This document shows, one piece after another, positions 17,139 to 26,208 of a stretch of DNA of 64,000 nucleotides (position 1 is its first letter; the number at the start of each line of letters is the position of its first letter). The notes beneath the pieces were generated by a model. It saw only the letters and a program-made list of their open reading frames with translations. It did no database searches and was not told the DNA's origin. This stretch comes from Armatimonadota bacterium (GTDB lineage: Bacteria > Armatimonadota > SYMT01): contig JAWLHY010000001.1 in the NCBI GenBank assembly GCA_041690135.1, positions 960,001-1,024,000 on the forward strand, written 5' to 3'. A program made the position numbers and the translations under genes.

Positions 17139-18875
17139 TTACTGTCCCTTCCCCTCTCCCTCGATGAGGACGACTTCCCGGTCCGGCTGCGGACCGGGGA
17201 AACTCTCGACCGCGCCGCTGGGCCAGCGCACCTCGATCTCTTCCACAGTGGTGTGTTGGCCCAGTCCGAAGGTGAGCCGCAAATCGGACTGCGAAAGATA
17301 GCTGGAGCCGCCGCGGACCATCCGGTACTGGTCGGTGCCCCCGCTCCGCACCCTTACGCCGGCTCCGATCGCGCTCCGGTTGCCGCGCCGTCCTTCTAAC
17401 CGCAGTCGCAGCCAGTGGTGGGCCGGACGCCCGGCCTGCCGCAGCAGCGCCGGCGGTCCGCCGTTCGCGCTCAAGAGCACGTCCAGGTCGCCGTCGTTGT
17501 CGTAATCTCCATAGGCGGCGCCGCGGGCCACGCGCGGCTCACGCAGGGCGCCGATCTCGTCCCCCACCGGCTCGAACCGGCCCTCCCCCAGGCCCCGGAA
17601 GAACAGGCCCGGCTGTGCGTGGGTAACCCCACTGCTGCGGACCTCGATATCGTCCTGGATGTGCCCGTTCGCCACCAGAATATCCTGGTTCCCGTCCAGG
17701 TCGGCGTCGAAGAAAAAAGCACCGAACCCGAGGAACTGCTGGCTGGGGGTGCCGATGCCGGCCCGTGCCGCCACGTCGGTGAAGAGCCCCGAGGGGTCTC
17801 GCCGGTAGAGGCTCAACTGCTCGCCCGTGAAGTTGGTGATCAGGACGCCATCCCGGCCGGCGTTCTCGTAGTCCGCGACGTCGATGCCCATCCCCGCTTT
17901 GGCGATCCCGCCTTCGGCCACCGCCATCCCCGCCTGTACCGCTACTTCCTTGAAAGTAGCGCGCTCGCCCTGGTTGTGGAAGAGGAAGTTGGGCACCATG
18001 TCGTTGCTCACCGCCAGGTCCACCCAGCCGTCCCGGTCGAAATCGCAGAGCGCCACTCCCAGGGCTTTCGAGTTCGCCAGGCCGATCCCCACCCGCGCGG
18101 ACACGTCTTCGAACCGGCCTCTCCGATTGCGGAAGAGCTGACACGGCTCCCCCGAATAGTTGTCCGGCCGCGCGTAGGACTTCCGGACCCCGTCCAGCGA
18201 AGCGAACACGTCCGACTCCGGGGTCCACTTTACATAATGACATACGAACAGGTCGAGGCGGCCGTCCCGATCGTAGTCCAGAAGGGCCGCGCTGGTCGGC
18301 CAGCCAGGCGTAGCAAGCCCCCAGCGCTTCGTGACGTCCTCGAACCGCCGGCCGTTCACATTTCGGAGCAGGCGGGACCCACCCAGCGCCGTGAGGACCA
18401 GGTCGCAGAAGCCGTCGTTGTCTACGTCTCCCGCGGTGACTCCCATTCCGTAGATTCCGACCGGCATGTTGTATTCCCGGGAGACATCCGCAAAGGTCCC
18501 GTCCTTCCGGTTCCGGTAGAGGCGACACCTTCCGGGAGGCAACGGGCTGCCGGGCCAGGGCGTCGAGTCGACCAGCACCAGGTCGAGCCAGCCATCGTTA
18601 TCGACATCCATCCACGCGCAGCCCGCGCCCATCGTCTCCGGCATCCACTTCCGGCCTTCCGCCCCCGTGGTGTGCCGGAACGTGATACCCGCCGAAGCGG
18701 TCACGTCCTCGAACCGCACCGGCGCCCGCTGCGCCGCCGGCTCCGTCTTCGGCACAGGCCGAGCAGGACCGCAGCCTACAGCAAGAAGCGCTATCGCCGG
18801 AAGCGCTCCCCAAATTGCAAATTGCAATTTGCAATTTGCAACTGACAATAGCTCTCTCTTGCAGTTGCCGCTCAT
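17139..18875 (-). CDS. CRTAC1-family FG-GAP repeat lipoprotein with ASPIC/UnbV C-terminal domain
   Basis: LAVGC lipobox; FEDVT..AGI, repeated D.DNDG..DL motifs; NRSAIGA...GSSYLSQS...FGLG..WPSG. Confidence 0.92.
   Translation of the reverse strand: MSGNCKRELLSVANCKLQFAIWGALPAIALLAVGCGPARPVPKTEPAAQRAPVRFEDVTASAGITFRHTTGAEGRKWMPETMGAGCAWMDVDNDGWLDLVLVDSTPWPGSPLPPGRCRLYRNRKDGTFADVSREYNMPVGIYGMGVTAGDVDNDGFCDLVLTALGGSRLLRNVNGRRFEDVTKRWGLATPGWPTSAALLDYDRDGRLDLFVCHYVKWTPESDVFASLDGVRKSYARPDNYSGEPCQLFRNRRGRFEDVSARVGIGLANSKALGVALCDFDRDGWVDLAVSNDMVPNFLFHNQGERATFKEVAVQAGMAVAEGGIAKAGMGIDVADYENAGRDGVLITNFTGEQLSLYRRDPSGLFTDVAARAGIGTPSQQFLGFGAFFFDADLDGNQDILVANGHIQDDIEVRSSGVTHAQPGLFFRGLGEGRFEPVGDEIGALREPRVARGAAYGDYDNDGDLDVLLSANGGPPALLRQAGRPAHHWLRLRLEGRRGNRSAIGAGVRVRSGGTDQYRMVRGGSSYLSQSDLRLTFGLGQHTTVEEIEVRWPSGAVESFPGPQPDREVVLIEGEGKGQ
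18811..18838. repeat. Perfect 28-bp palindrome of heptamers inside the CRTAC1 5' region
   Basis: CAAATTG CAAATTG CAATTTG CAATTTG. Confidence 0.85.
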
Positions 18876-21220
18876 GGCACCATCACTAACTCATGCACAT
18901 GCAGAGGCCGTTCTTCCGTCGCTTCCGGACCGGATGCCACACCCTGCTTCAGGGAAGGTGCGCCGCTATCCGCCAGGAGCCGGTACATCGCCTCTTCGCG
19001 CTGCGCCGCCGTCAACCGGTTCAGGCGCTGCTGGCAGAGCATCAGGTTGTAGTGCGCCGAAACGTCGAGCGGGTCGACGTCGAGCATCGCTTCGAACTCC
19101 CGCGCCGCTTCCTGATGCTTCAGGAGCGCCATTAGCGTGAGACCCAGCTCGAAGCGTAGCTGCCGGTCTCGTGGAAAGCGCTTCGCCAGTACTCGCAACT
19201 CGCGCGCGGCCGCGTCCGGCTGCCCCATCCGGCGAAGGACGGCCGCCTCCCAGGCCCGAGCACGCAGCGTGGTGGGTACTCCGGCGTGGGTGCTCTCGAC
19301 TCGGGTTCCGGCTGCGCGCCGGAACGCGTCTCGGGCCGCCAGCAGGTCTCCCTCTCGCAGATAGACTTGCCCCAGGGCCAGTTCCGTCTCCCCGGTTTGC
19401 GCTTCACTGTCCCGTGCCCGGAGCAGGTACCGGATCGCCTCGGGGTAGGCCTTCACCGCTGCGAGAGCCATGCCGTAACACCGCAAGCGCTCGCTCGCCG
19501 CAGAGGTTTCTGCGTCGAACGAATGCAGTTCGGCGCTTGTCTCGGCCAAGACCTCCGGCGCCCCTGCCGTCTCCCCCGCCCACCGGGAGAATTCGGGCCG
19601 CCGTCGCCGGAGAAGCCGCACGCGGGCTCTCCCTCCATTCGCCGGAATCTCGGGGAGGCGGTAGCGGGCCAGGTCGCTTTCTCCCGCCGGGATCCTCCGC
19701 CACTCCCGCACCGCCACCATCTCATCCAGGTTGCCGTGCTCAACCCACTTCCCCCGGCGATCGAGGGCCACCAGGCGGTAGACGTGCGCCTCCGGATCGA
19801 GGGCGCCGTCCGGCCGGATTGCGCCACTCCGGGCCCGCAGTCGCCCTTCCCGATCCCTCACCTCCACTTCCAGCCATGCCTCGTGGAGATCCGGCATGCC
19901 ATAGGGGAAGTCATGCCCGACCCCGCTGTTGTGCACTACGACATCCAGGATTCCACCCAGCCGATGGTCTTCCTTCTCCCAGTCCGGCGAGCTTCCGGTA
20001 TCCCGCGGAACAGGCGGGCTGGGGCGCAGAAAGAGGTCGAGGCGCAGCGGCGCCGGGCGCCCGGCGATCTTCTGGGTTGTACCGTGGGGATTGTGACAAC
20101 CGGTGCAACTTCGCGCTGCCGCGCCTTCGCCCGCAGCGAACAGCGAGGTCCCGGAGAACCGGCTCGCCTGCCAGGCCCGGTATTCATCCGGACCCTCCAT
20201 CCACCGGAACTGGTTCTGCGGCAGGTTCCAGTGTTTCCGGTGACAGCTCCCGCAGAACTCGGCGGAGCGGTGCAAGGCCGGGCGCAGCATTTGTGTGGCA
20301 TGGCTGCGTGGTCGCAGGCGGGTGTCCAGGTCGCTCCAGAACGCCCGCAGCCCCCCGGCCTTTCGCTGGCTCGCGGCGCCGTCCAGGACCAGCGCCCCGC
20401 TTCCGAAGCCGGCGTGGACCTCCTCTGCGGTGTGGCAGGCAGCACACCCCACGGATTGCCGGGCCGCATCCGGCTCGTGGCAACCCCGGCACCAGCCTGC
20501 TGCCTCGCTGCCCTTGCGCCGCTCGAAATCGGCCAGGGTCGCGCGGTACGCGGGGTTCCGCATACCGGCGGCGTGTCCCCGGGTGGCGTGTTCCTCGCCT
20601 ACTCCCGGGTGGCAGCCGGCCTGCTCGCAGCTCGCCTCGGGGACCCCCGTCCGTCGCAACGCGGTCGGGAATCCCGCTTCGCCGGCCTGCTCCGCGGTGG
20701 TTGCGGTGAGGAAGCGGTAACAGGCGACCGCATCATAACCCGGCGGTTGCCAACCGGACGTCCGGCGCTCCCCGGCTAGCGAGGCGAATGCCGGGCTCAG
20801 GCAAGCCAGCAGGCACGCCAGGCCGACCGCATGGCGCGCCGCGGGTGTTCTTGCGTGGGTGAACAACCATCCCGCCACGACCAGCAGCACTCCGCCGCCG
20901 GCAAACGCGTGGGCCAACAGCACACCCCCTCGCGCCGCTCCGGGTGGCAGCGGCCAGAGACTACCCATCCCGAAGAGAAGGGTGAGCGCACTCCCGATGA
21001 CGGCGAGGGATCTTGCCCGCAAGCCGAGGCGTGGAACTGTCAGAACCACCACCGCCAGGAACCCCAGGGCGTGGAGGAGTAGGAGGGCCAGGCTCCCGGT
21101 CCCGGCGACGCGATCCCCCACTCCGGCTAGCATCGATGCCGTCGCACCCGCCAGTGCGCAGCAGGCTGCGACCGGGAAACGGATGGGCCGGAGCTTTTTC
21201 GGGGTGTTTGGGAGATCCAC
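18872..21220 (-). CDS. Membrane-anchored multiheme c-type cytochrome with C-terminal TPR repeats
   Basis: N-terminal TM helices; CRGCH, CAACH, CGSCH, CTGCH plus CEQAGCH; GHDFPYG motif; TPR region ending AHYNLMLC. Confidence 0.88.
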   Translation of the reverse strand: MDLPNTPKKLRPIRFPVAACCALAGATASMLAGVGDRVAGTGSLALLLLHALGFLAVVVLTVPRLGLRARSLAVIGSALTLLFGMGSLWPLPPGAARGGVLLAHAFAGGGVLLVVAGWLFTHARTPAARHAVGLACLLACLSPAFASLAGERRTSGWQPPGYDAVACYRFLTATTAEQAGEAGFPTALRRTGVPEASCEQAGCHPGVGEEHATRGHAAGMRNPAYRATLADFERRKGSEAAGWCRGCHEPDAARQSVGCAACHTAEEVHAGFGSGALVLDGAASQRKAGGLRAFWSDLDTRLRPRSHATQMLRPALHRSAEFCGSCHRKHWNLPQNQFRWMEGPDEYRAWQASRFSGTSLFAAGEGAAARSCTGCHNPHGTTQKIAGRPAPLRLDLFLRPSPPVPRDTGSSPDWEKEDHRLGGILDVVVHNSGVGHDFPYGMPDLHEAWLEVEVRDREGRLRARSGAIRPDGALDPEAHVYRLVALDRRGKWVEHGNLDEMVAVREWRRIPAGESDLARYRLPEIPANGGRARVRLLRRRRPEFSRWAGETAGAPEVLAETSAELHSFDAETSAASERLRCYGMALAAVKAYPEAIRYLLRARDSEAQTGETELALGQVYLREGDLLAARDAFRRAAGTRVESTHAGVPTTLRARAWEAAVLRRMGQPDAAARELRVLAKRFPRDRQLRFELGLTLMALLKHQEAAREFEAMLDVDPLDVSAHYNLMLCQQRLNRLTAAQREEAMYRLLADSGAPSLKQGVASGPEATEERPLHVHELVMVP

Positions 21221-21256
21221 GCGTCTACAGCCTGAGTGCTGTCTCCGGACCGGTCG

Positions 21257-22168
21257 TTACCGCATGAGACGAAGACCGGGCACGTTCACATCCAACCGGA
21301 AAAGGCCGCCCGGTTCGCCGCCGGTGGCGTAGAGCGTCGCCCCCTTGGGTCCCGCGAAACAAAGATTACTGGTGGTCCGGTTGCCGCCATCGTAGCTCAT
21401 CAGTAGCCGGCCCCGGGCACCCAGCACGTGGATCGCTTTCATGCCGTAGTGGGCTACCCACAGCCGGCCCTCCGCGTCCAGGGCCACCCCATCCGGTTGA
21501 TTCCACTCCTTGCCCGGTCGCTCCGTGTTGCGCGGCAACTCGGCGAAGAAGCGCGGCTCCCCCTCCGGCACTCCCGGCGCCTTGAGCGGAATGACCAGGA
21601 TACGGTTCTCCAGGCTCTCCGCCACGTACAGCCGCTTCCGGTCCGCCGAAAGGGCGATCCCGTTCGCGAAGTTGATGTCTTTCGCTACCAGCCGCTTGGT
21701 CCCGTCCGGAGCCACGTAGTGGACGGCGCCGGTCTGCGGCACCGAGTCGGTGAAATAGAAGCCGCCCTGGGGGTCCAGCGTCAGGTCGTTCGGCGTGCGG
21801 ATCTCCAGGCCGCCCGACTGCCCCTCGGCCGCGACGCCAAGCACCTTTCCGGAGGCATCCAGCCGCAGCACGGCTTTACGACTGCCGTCGCAGACCAGGT
21901 GCTCCCCATTGGGGAGAATCTTGTGTCCGTTCGGGGCGCCCGTTTCCGCCCAGGTGGCCGCTTTGCCGTCGGGCGTGGTCTTGGTGATGATCTTGCCGTG
22001 CGAGAAATAGAGGTTCCCTTCCCGGTCCACCACCACCCCTTCGGTGTAGTCGTTGGTGATGACCACCGGGGTCGGCTTGATGCGGGCGCGCTCGGGAAGC
22101 GGAGTGGCCGCGGGTACGGCCGCCGCCAGCAACATCAGGGCGCCGGATGCGAGGGTCAGGTGTTTCAT
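21257..22168 (-). CDS. SMP-30/gluconolactonase/LRE family exported protein
   Basis: Signal peptide; TEG.V.D..GNLYF, PNDL..D..G.FYFTD, ANGIALS, PDGVALD.EGRLWVA, SNLCFAG. Confidence 0.92.
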   Translation of the reverse strand: MKHLTLASGALMLLAAAVPAATPLPERARIKPTPVVITNDYTEGVVVDREGNLYFSHGKIITKTTPDGKAATWAETGAPNGHKILPNGEHLVCDGSRKAVLRLDASGKVLGVAAEGQSGGLEIRTPNDLTLDPQGGFYFTDSVPQTGAVHYVAPDGTKRLVAKDINFANGIALSADRKRLYVAESLENRILVIPLKAPGVPEGEPRFFAELPRNTERPGKEWNQPDGVALDAEGRLWVAHYGMKAIHVLGARGRLLMSYDGGNRTTSNLCFAGPKGATLYATGGEPGGLFRLDVNVPGLRLMR

Positions 22169-22324
22169 CCCGGTTCCTCCAGACCGCTCACGGGCAGGGT
22201 CGAGCGCAAAAGGCGCCCGACTGTGGTTACGTTCGGATCACCCCCACCGGGTTCCTTTCCGGCCCACGGCCTACGGCCGATAAAGATAAGGAAGGAGCCG
22301 GAGGATAAGGAAAGGACGTCGAGG

Positions 22325-22987
22325 TCACCCTGTGCCTTCATCGCTTTCCAACCCCTCGCCATCGCCCCTTTCCCCTTCCACAACCTCATCGTCGAAGCCG
22401 CTGAAGTGCGGAATCTCCGGCTGGGGAAGATGCCGGTCCCGGTCGAACGGCCGTGGTTTCCGCGGGGGCATCGGGTAGGTGGGGAAGTCCTTGAGCCAGC
22501 TGGCGCGGGTATCGTCATCGGCGTAATAGGTCATCCAGATCGTGATGTCTTCCTCGCTGCCGGAGCCCGCGAAATCGATACCCCGGAAGGCATTCGGACT
22601 GCACGGAAAGTCCTTCACGGCTTCGTGGAGCGCTTCCCGATAGAGGCGGGTGTACAGCTCCCGGTCACTCAGGTGGTCCGTGGAGTGCAGGTAGACCCGC
22701 CGGCGGGCCAGCGCTCCGATCAACATCCACAGCGCCTTGCCGACGCTTTCGTCGTCCAGATCATCCGGCGGAGGCAGTTTCACCCCATCCTTACCGAGCA
22801 ACTCGGCGTCCGTGGTCCATTCGGCTTCCTCATACGCCGCCACCGTGCGCCAGAACGTCTCCTCGATCTCGATAGGCGTTTCGGGTGCCTGCGAAGTGGA
22901 AAACTCCGAACCGGCGGCTTCCGCGGCACGCCTTTTGAGGCCCAGGATCTCGATCTCCCGCTCGATCCGGCTCTTATCTTCAGACAT
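22325..22987 (-). CDS. Acidic hypothetical protein
   Basis: ATG 22987 after AAAGGAGG; LHSTDHLSDRELY motif; no family assigned. Confidence 0.8.
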   Translation of the reverse strand: MSEDKSRIEREIEILGLKRRAAEAAGSEFSTSQAPETPIEIEETFWRTVAAYEEAEWTTDAELLGKDGVKLPPPDDLDDESVGKALWMLIGALARRRVYLHSTDHLSDRELYTRLYREALHEAVKDFPCSPNAFRGIDFAGSGSEEDITIWMTYYADDDTRASWLKDFPTYPMPPRKPRPFDRDRHLPQPEIPHFSGFDDEVVEGERGDGEGLESDEGTG

Positions 22988-23029
22988 GGAGGCCCTCCTT
23001 TCACCTATATCCGGTCGCTCCACTCGCAC

Positions 23030-24118
23030 TCACAGCACCTTGGCTTGGAGCCACTCCACCACCTTGGATTTACCTTTGGCGAGCGCGATGTCGAGCGGCG
23101 TCCGGCCCTGGCCGTCCCGCGCGGTCACGTCGGCGCCGGCCCGGACCAGGGCCTCCAGCAGCCGCGGCGCCGCACCACGAGCCGCCGCATAGTGGAGCGC
23201 CGTGCTGCCGTCGGGGTCCTTCCGGTTCGGGTCCGCGCCCCGCTCCAACAGCCACAATACCACGGTGGTGTGCCCCCAGTGCACCCGGCTGTGGAGCAAG
23301 GGGATGCCCTTCTCTTCCACCCCGTTCGGGTCGCCGCCCCGCGCGTGGAGTAGCTCCGTCACGTCGTTCGGCTCGCCCCAGAGGAAGCTCTCGAAGCCCG
23401 TGTTCGGGTCCACACCGGCATCGAGCAGCACCTCCACCACCGCGCGATTCCGCGGAGCGGCGAAATGCAGCACCGGCAGCCCCCGGTAGGAGGCCACGTC
23501 CGCTCGGGAGTGGGGGTCCGCGCCGTGGGCCAGCAGCAGCTCGGTCACCCGCCGCAGCCGTATAGCGCACTCCGGGTCCGCGTCTCCCATCCCGGAGGCC
23601 GCGGCGTAGTGGAGCGCCGTCATGCTGTTTGTGTCGCGACTGGATGCTTGCTCCGGCTCCGCCGACAGAATCGCTTCAACCTGCTCCGGGCGGGCGATGG
23701 AGCAGGCGGCGTAAAGGTCCACGTTCGCTCCCGAGGCCAGCAGCATGTTGACAAGCTCCGCGTCGCCTACCCGCCCCGCCGTCGCCAGGGCCGTCATCCG
23801 CTGCCAGCAGCCGCGCGCTTCCGGATTCGCCCCGGCCCGAAGGAGAACTTCCACCACCTCCCGGTGCCCCGGGCACTTGGGGACCCCTTTGTGCTCGATC
23901 GCCCGGTGGAGCGGACGGTACTGGTGTTCCGAGCGCGAAACCGTCTCGGGGTCCGCGCCGTGCGCCAGCAGGAGCCGAACCACTTCCGCATGGCCGTGGA
24001 GACACGCCTCGAGGATCGGCTGCCAGTGCCGCGCCAACTCCGCGTCCTCCCGCAGGAGCGCCGCGACTTCCGCCGCATTCCCGCGGGCTGCCGCCGCCGT
24101 CAGGTGCTTGTAGGTCAT
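23030..24118 (-). CDS. Ankyrin repeat protein
   Basis: Repeated TALHYAA, LLAHGADP, GRTPLDIA; ATG 24118 after GAGGGA. Confidence 0.9.
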   Translation of the reverse strand: MTYKHLTAAAARGNAAEVAALLREDAELARHWQPILEACLHGHAEVVRLLLAHGADPETVSRSEHQYRPLHRAIEHKGVPKCPGHREVVEVLLRAGANPEARGCWQRMTALATAGRVGDAELVNMLLASGANVDLYAACSIARPEQVEAILSAEPEQASSRDTNSMTALHYAAASGMGDADPECAIRLRRVTELLLAHGADPHSRADVASYRGLPVLHFAAPRNRAVVEVLLDAGVDPNTGFESFLWGEPNDVTELLHARGGDPNGVEEKGIPLLHSRVHWGHTTVVLWLLERGADPNRKDPDGSTALHYAAARGAAPRLLEALVRAGADVTARDGQGRTPLDIALAKGKSKVVEWLQAKVL

Positions 24119-24180
24119 GAATCTGCCGTTTCCCTCACAGGAATCCCGCCCCGGACCGGGAAATGGTGTATAGTGGGTCA

Positions 24181-24279
24181 GCGCTGAACCGTACTGCAGC
24201 CGAACCTTCACGATCCAATAGTGACTTCACCGTCCTCGGTTAGCAGTCGGACGGTTTACGGTAGTTACCCGTTCAGCGC
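24181..24279 (+). ncRNA. Candidate structured leader RNA upstream of MEDS histidine kinase
   Basis: 9-bp closing stem GCGCTGAAC/GTTCAGCGC; competing internal pairings; TATAGT -10-like box at 24168-24173. Confidence 0.35.
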
Positions 24280-24317
24280 CCCGCAGCGGATGCGGTTGAT
24301 CCGCCCGGGAGGTGACC

Positions 24318-26117
24318 ATGGCGCGAGTTTGCGATCATACGACTGAGAGCGGGATTCCCGTGGTCGGTCAACTCGGTTGGGGCGCGCACTTCTGTCAGTT
24401 CTACCGCACCCGGGAGGACCTCGCCGACATCCTGGCCCCCTACTTCATCGCCGGCCTCCGGCAGCACGAGCAGTGTCTCTGGATCGCCTCTCCCCCACTT
24501 TCCGCGGAAGATGCCTGCGACCTGATGCGGGAAGCCTTGCCGGGCTTCGAGGCCTATCTGCAGCAGGGCCAGATCGAGATTCTGGATTATCAGGACTGGT
24601 ACCTCCGCACCGCGGGCTTCAGCACCAGCGACGTCCTCCGGATGTGGGTCGAGCGGCAGGAGCGGGCGCTGGAGCAGGGCTACCATGGGCTGCGCCTCAC
24701 GGGCAATACCTTCTGGCTCGATCGGAGCGGTTGGGACAGCTTCATGGAATATGAGGCGGAGGTCAACCGCACCTTCCGCAGTTTCCGCATCGTGGGTCTC
24801 TGCACCTATTCATTGGATCGGTGCGGCGGCGAGGACGTGCTGGACGTGGTCCGGAACCACCAGTTTGCCCTCGCCCGTCGCCAGGGCGAGTGGGATCTTC
24901 TGGAGAACGCTTCGCTCAAGATCGCCAAGGACGAGCTGCGCCGCCTGAACGAGGAACTGGAGCAGCGCGTCGAAGAGCGGACCCGCGAACTGGAGCGAGC
25001 TCTGCGCGGTCGGGACGAGTTCCTGGCCATGCTGGCCCACGAGCTCCGGAACCCCCTTGCGCCGATCCGGAATGCCGCACACGTGCTGCGGCAGGTCCAG
25101 CCCAGCGAAACGACCCTGCAGTGGGCGCGCGAGCTGGTGGACCGCCAGGTCCAGACCTTGTCCCGCCTGGTGGACGACCTGCTGGATGTCGCCCGGATCA
25201 CCGGAGGAAAAGTACGCCTGGAACGGGAGCGAGTGGAGGTGGCGCAGGTGGTGGCCCGCGCAATCGAGACCGTGCGCCCCACCCTCGACCGCAAGGGCCA
25301 GACGCTGGAGGTGTCCCAGCCCGGTGGCTCGCCCGTCATCCAGGGGGATGCGACCCGGCTCGCCCAGGCGCTGGGAAACCTCCTGCACAATGCCTCCAAG
25401 TACAGTCCCGAAGGCGCTCGCATCCATCTGGAGGTGACCGACCCCACCTTAACCGACCCCTCCCGCGACGCGACCGAGCTGGCTATCCGGGTCCGGGACG
25501 AAGGGGTCGGCATCTCTCCCGAAATGCTGCCGCACGTCTTCGACCTGTTCACCCAGGCCGACCGTTCTCTGGACCGTTCCGAGGGCGGCCTGGGGGTAGG
25601 CCTGACCCTGGCTCGCGGTCTTATTGAGCTGCACGGGGGCCGGATCGAAGTTCGGAGCGAGGGCCCAGGCCGGGGGAGCGAGTTCACGATCTTCCTCCCG
25701 CTTCCGGGAGGCGCCGCGCAAGAAGGGGAGGCGGGTTCCGTCGAGGCGGGGCCGGCAACCGGACGTCGGAGCGTGCTGGTGGTGGACGACAACGTGGATG
25801 CGGCCGAGAGCCTGACGGTGCTGTTGGGGCTGTTCGGGCACTCCGTGGGGGCCGCCCACAGCGGGCGAACTGCCCTGGAGAAAGCCGCCCGAGAGCAGCC
25901 CGACGCCGTGGTGCTGGACATCGGACTACCGGACCTGGACGGCTACGAGGTGGCCCGCCAACTCCGCGCCCAGCCCGGCGGAGAGCGGCTGCTGTTGATT
26001 GCCCTGACCGGCTACGGCCGGGAGGAGGACCAGTGCCGTAGTCGCGAGGCCGGCTTCGATTTCCACATGATCAAGCCGGCCGATCCCGAGCAATTGCGGC
26101 GGCTTTTGCAAGATTAG
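24318..26117 (+). CDS. Hybrid sensor kinase: MEDS domain - HisKA - HATPase - receiver
   Basis: WGAHFCQFY...GLRLTGN...YEAEVN...CTY (MEDS); FLAMLAHELRNPL; NLLHNASKY; GGLGVGL; VDDN..LDIGLP..KP; SD GGAGGT. Confidence 0.93.
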   Translation: MARVCDHTTESGIPVVGQLGWGAHFCQFYRTREDLADILAPYFIAGLRQHEQCLWIASPPLSAEDACDLMREALPGFEAYLQQGQIEILDYQDWYLRTAGFSTSDVLRMWVERQERALEQGYHGLRLTGNTFWLDRSGWDSFMEYEAEVNRTFRSFRIVGLCTYSLDRCGGEDVLDVVRNHQFALARRQGEWDLLENASLKIAKDELRRLNEELEQRVEERTRELERALRGRDEFLAMLAHELRNPLAPIRNAAHVLRQVQPSETTLQWARELVDRQVQTLSRLVDDLLDVARITGGKVRLERERVEVAQVVARAIETVRPTLDRKGQTLEVSQPGGSPVIQGDATRLAQALGNLLHNASKYSPEGARIHLEVTDPTLTDPSRDATELAIRVRDEGVGISPEMLPHVFDLFTQADRSLDRSEGGLGVGLTLARGLIELHGGRIEVRSEGPGRGSEFTIFLPLPGGAAQEGEAGSVEAGPATGRRSVLVVDDNVDAAESLTVLLGLFGHSVGAAHSGRTALEKAAREQPDAVVLDIGLPDLDGYEVARQLRAQPGGERLLLIALTGYGREEDQCRSREAGFDFHMIKPADPEQLRRLLQD

Positions 26118-26208
26118 CCTGCCGGCGAAGTTACCGCAGGTTAATTGCTTGAACAGCGTGCTGGTTCGCGGCATCTGAGGGAGGGCGCTCGCCGGGATAC
26201 CCCTCTAC

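Noticed and set aside
24181-24295. glmS ribozyme or c-di-AMP (ydaO) riboswitch
   Set aside because: Only short word matches (AGCGC, GCTGAA, GCGGATGC); the conserved cores are absent.
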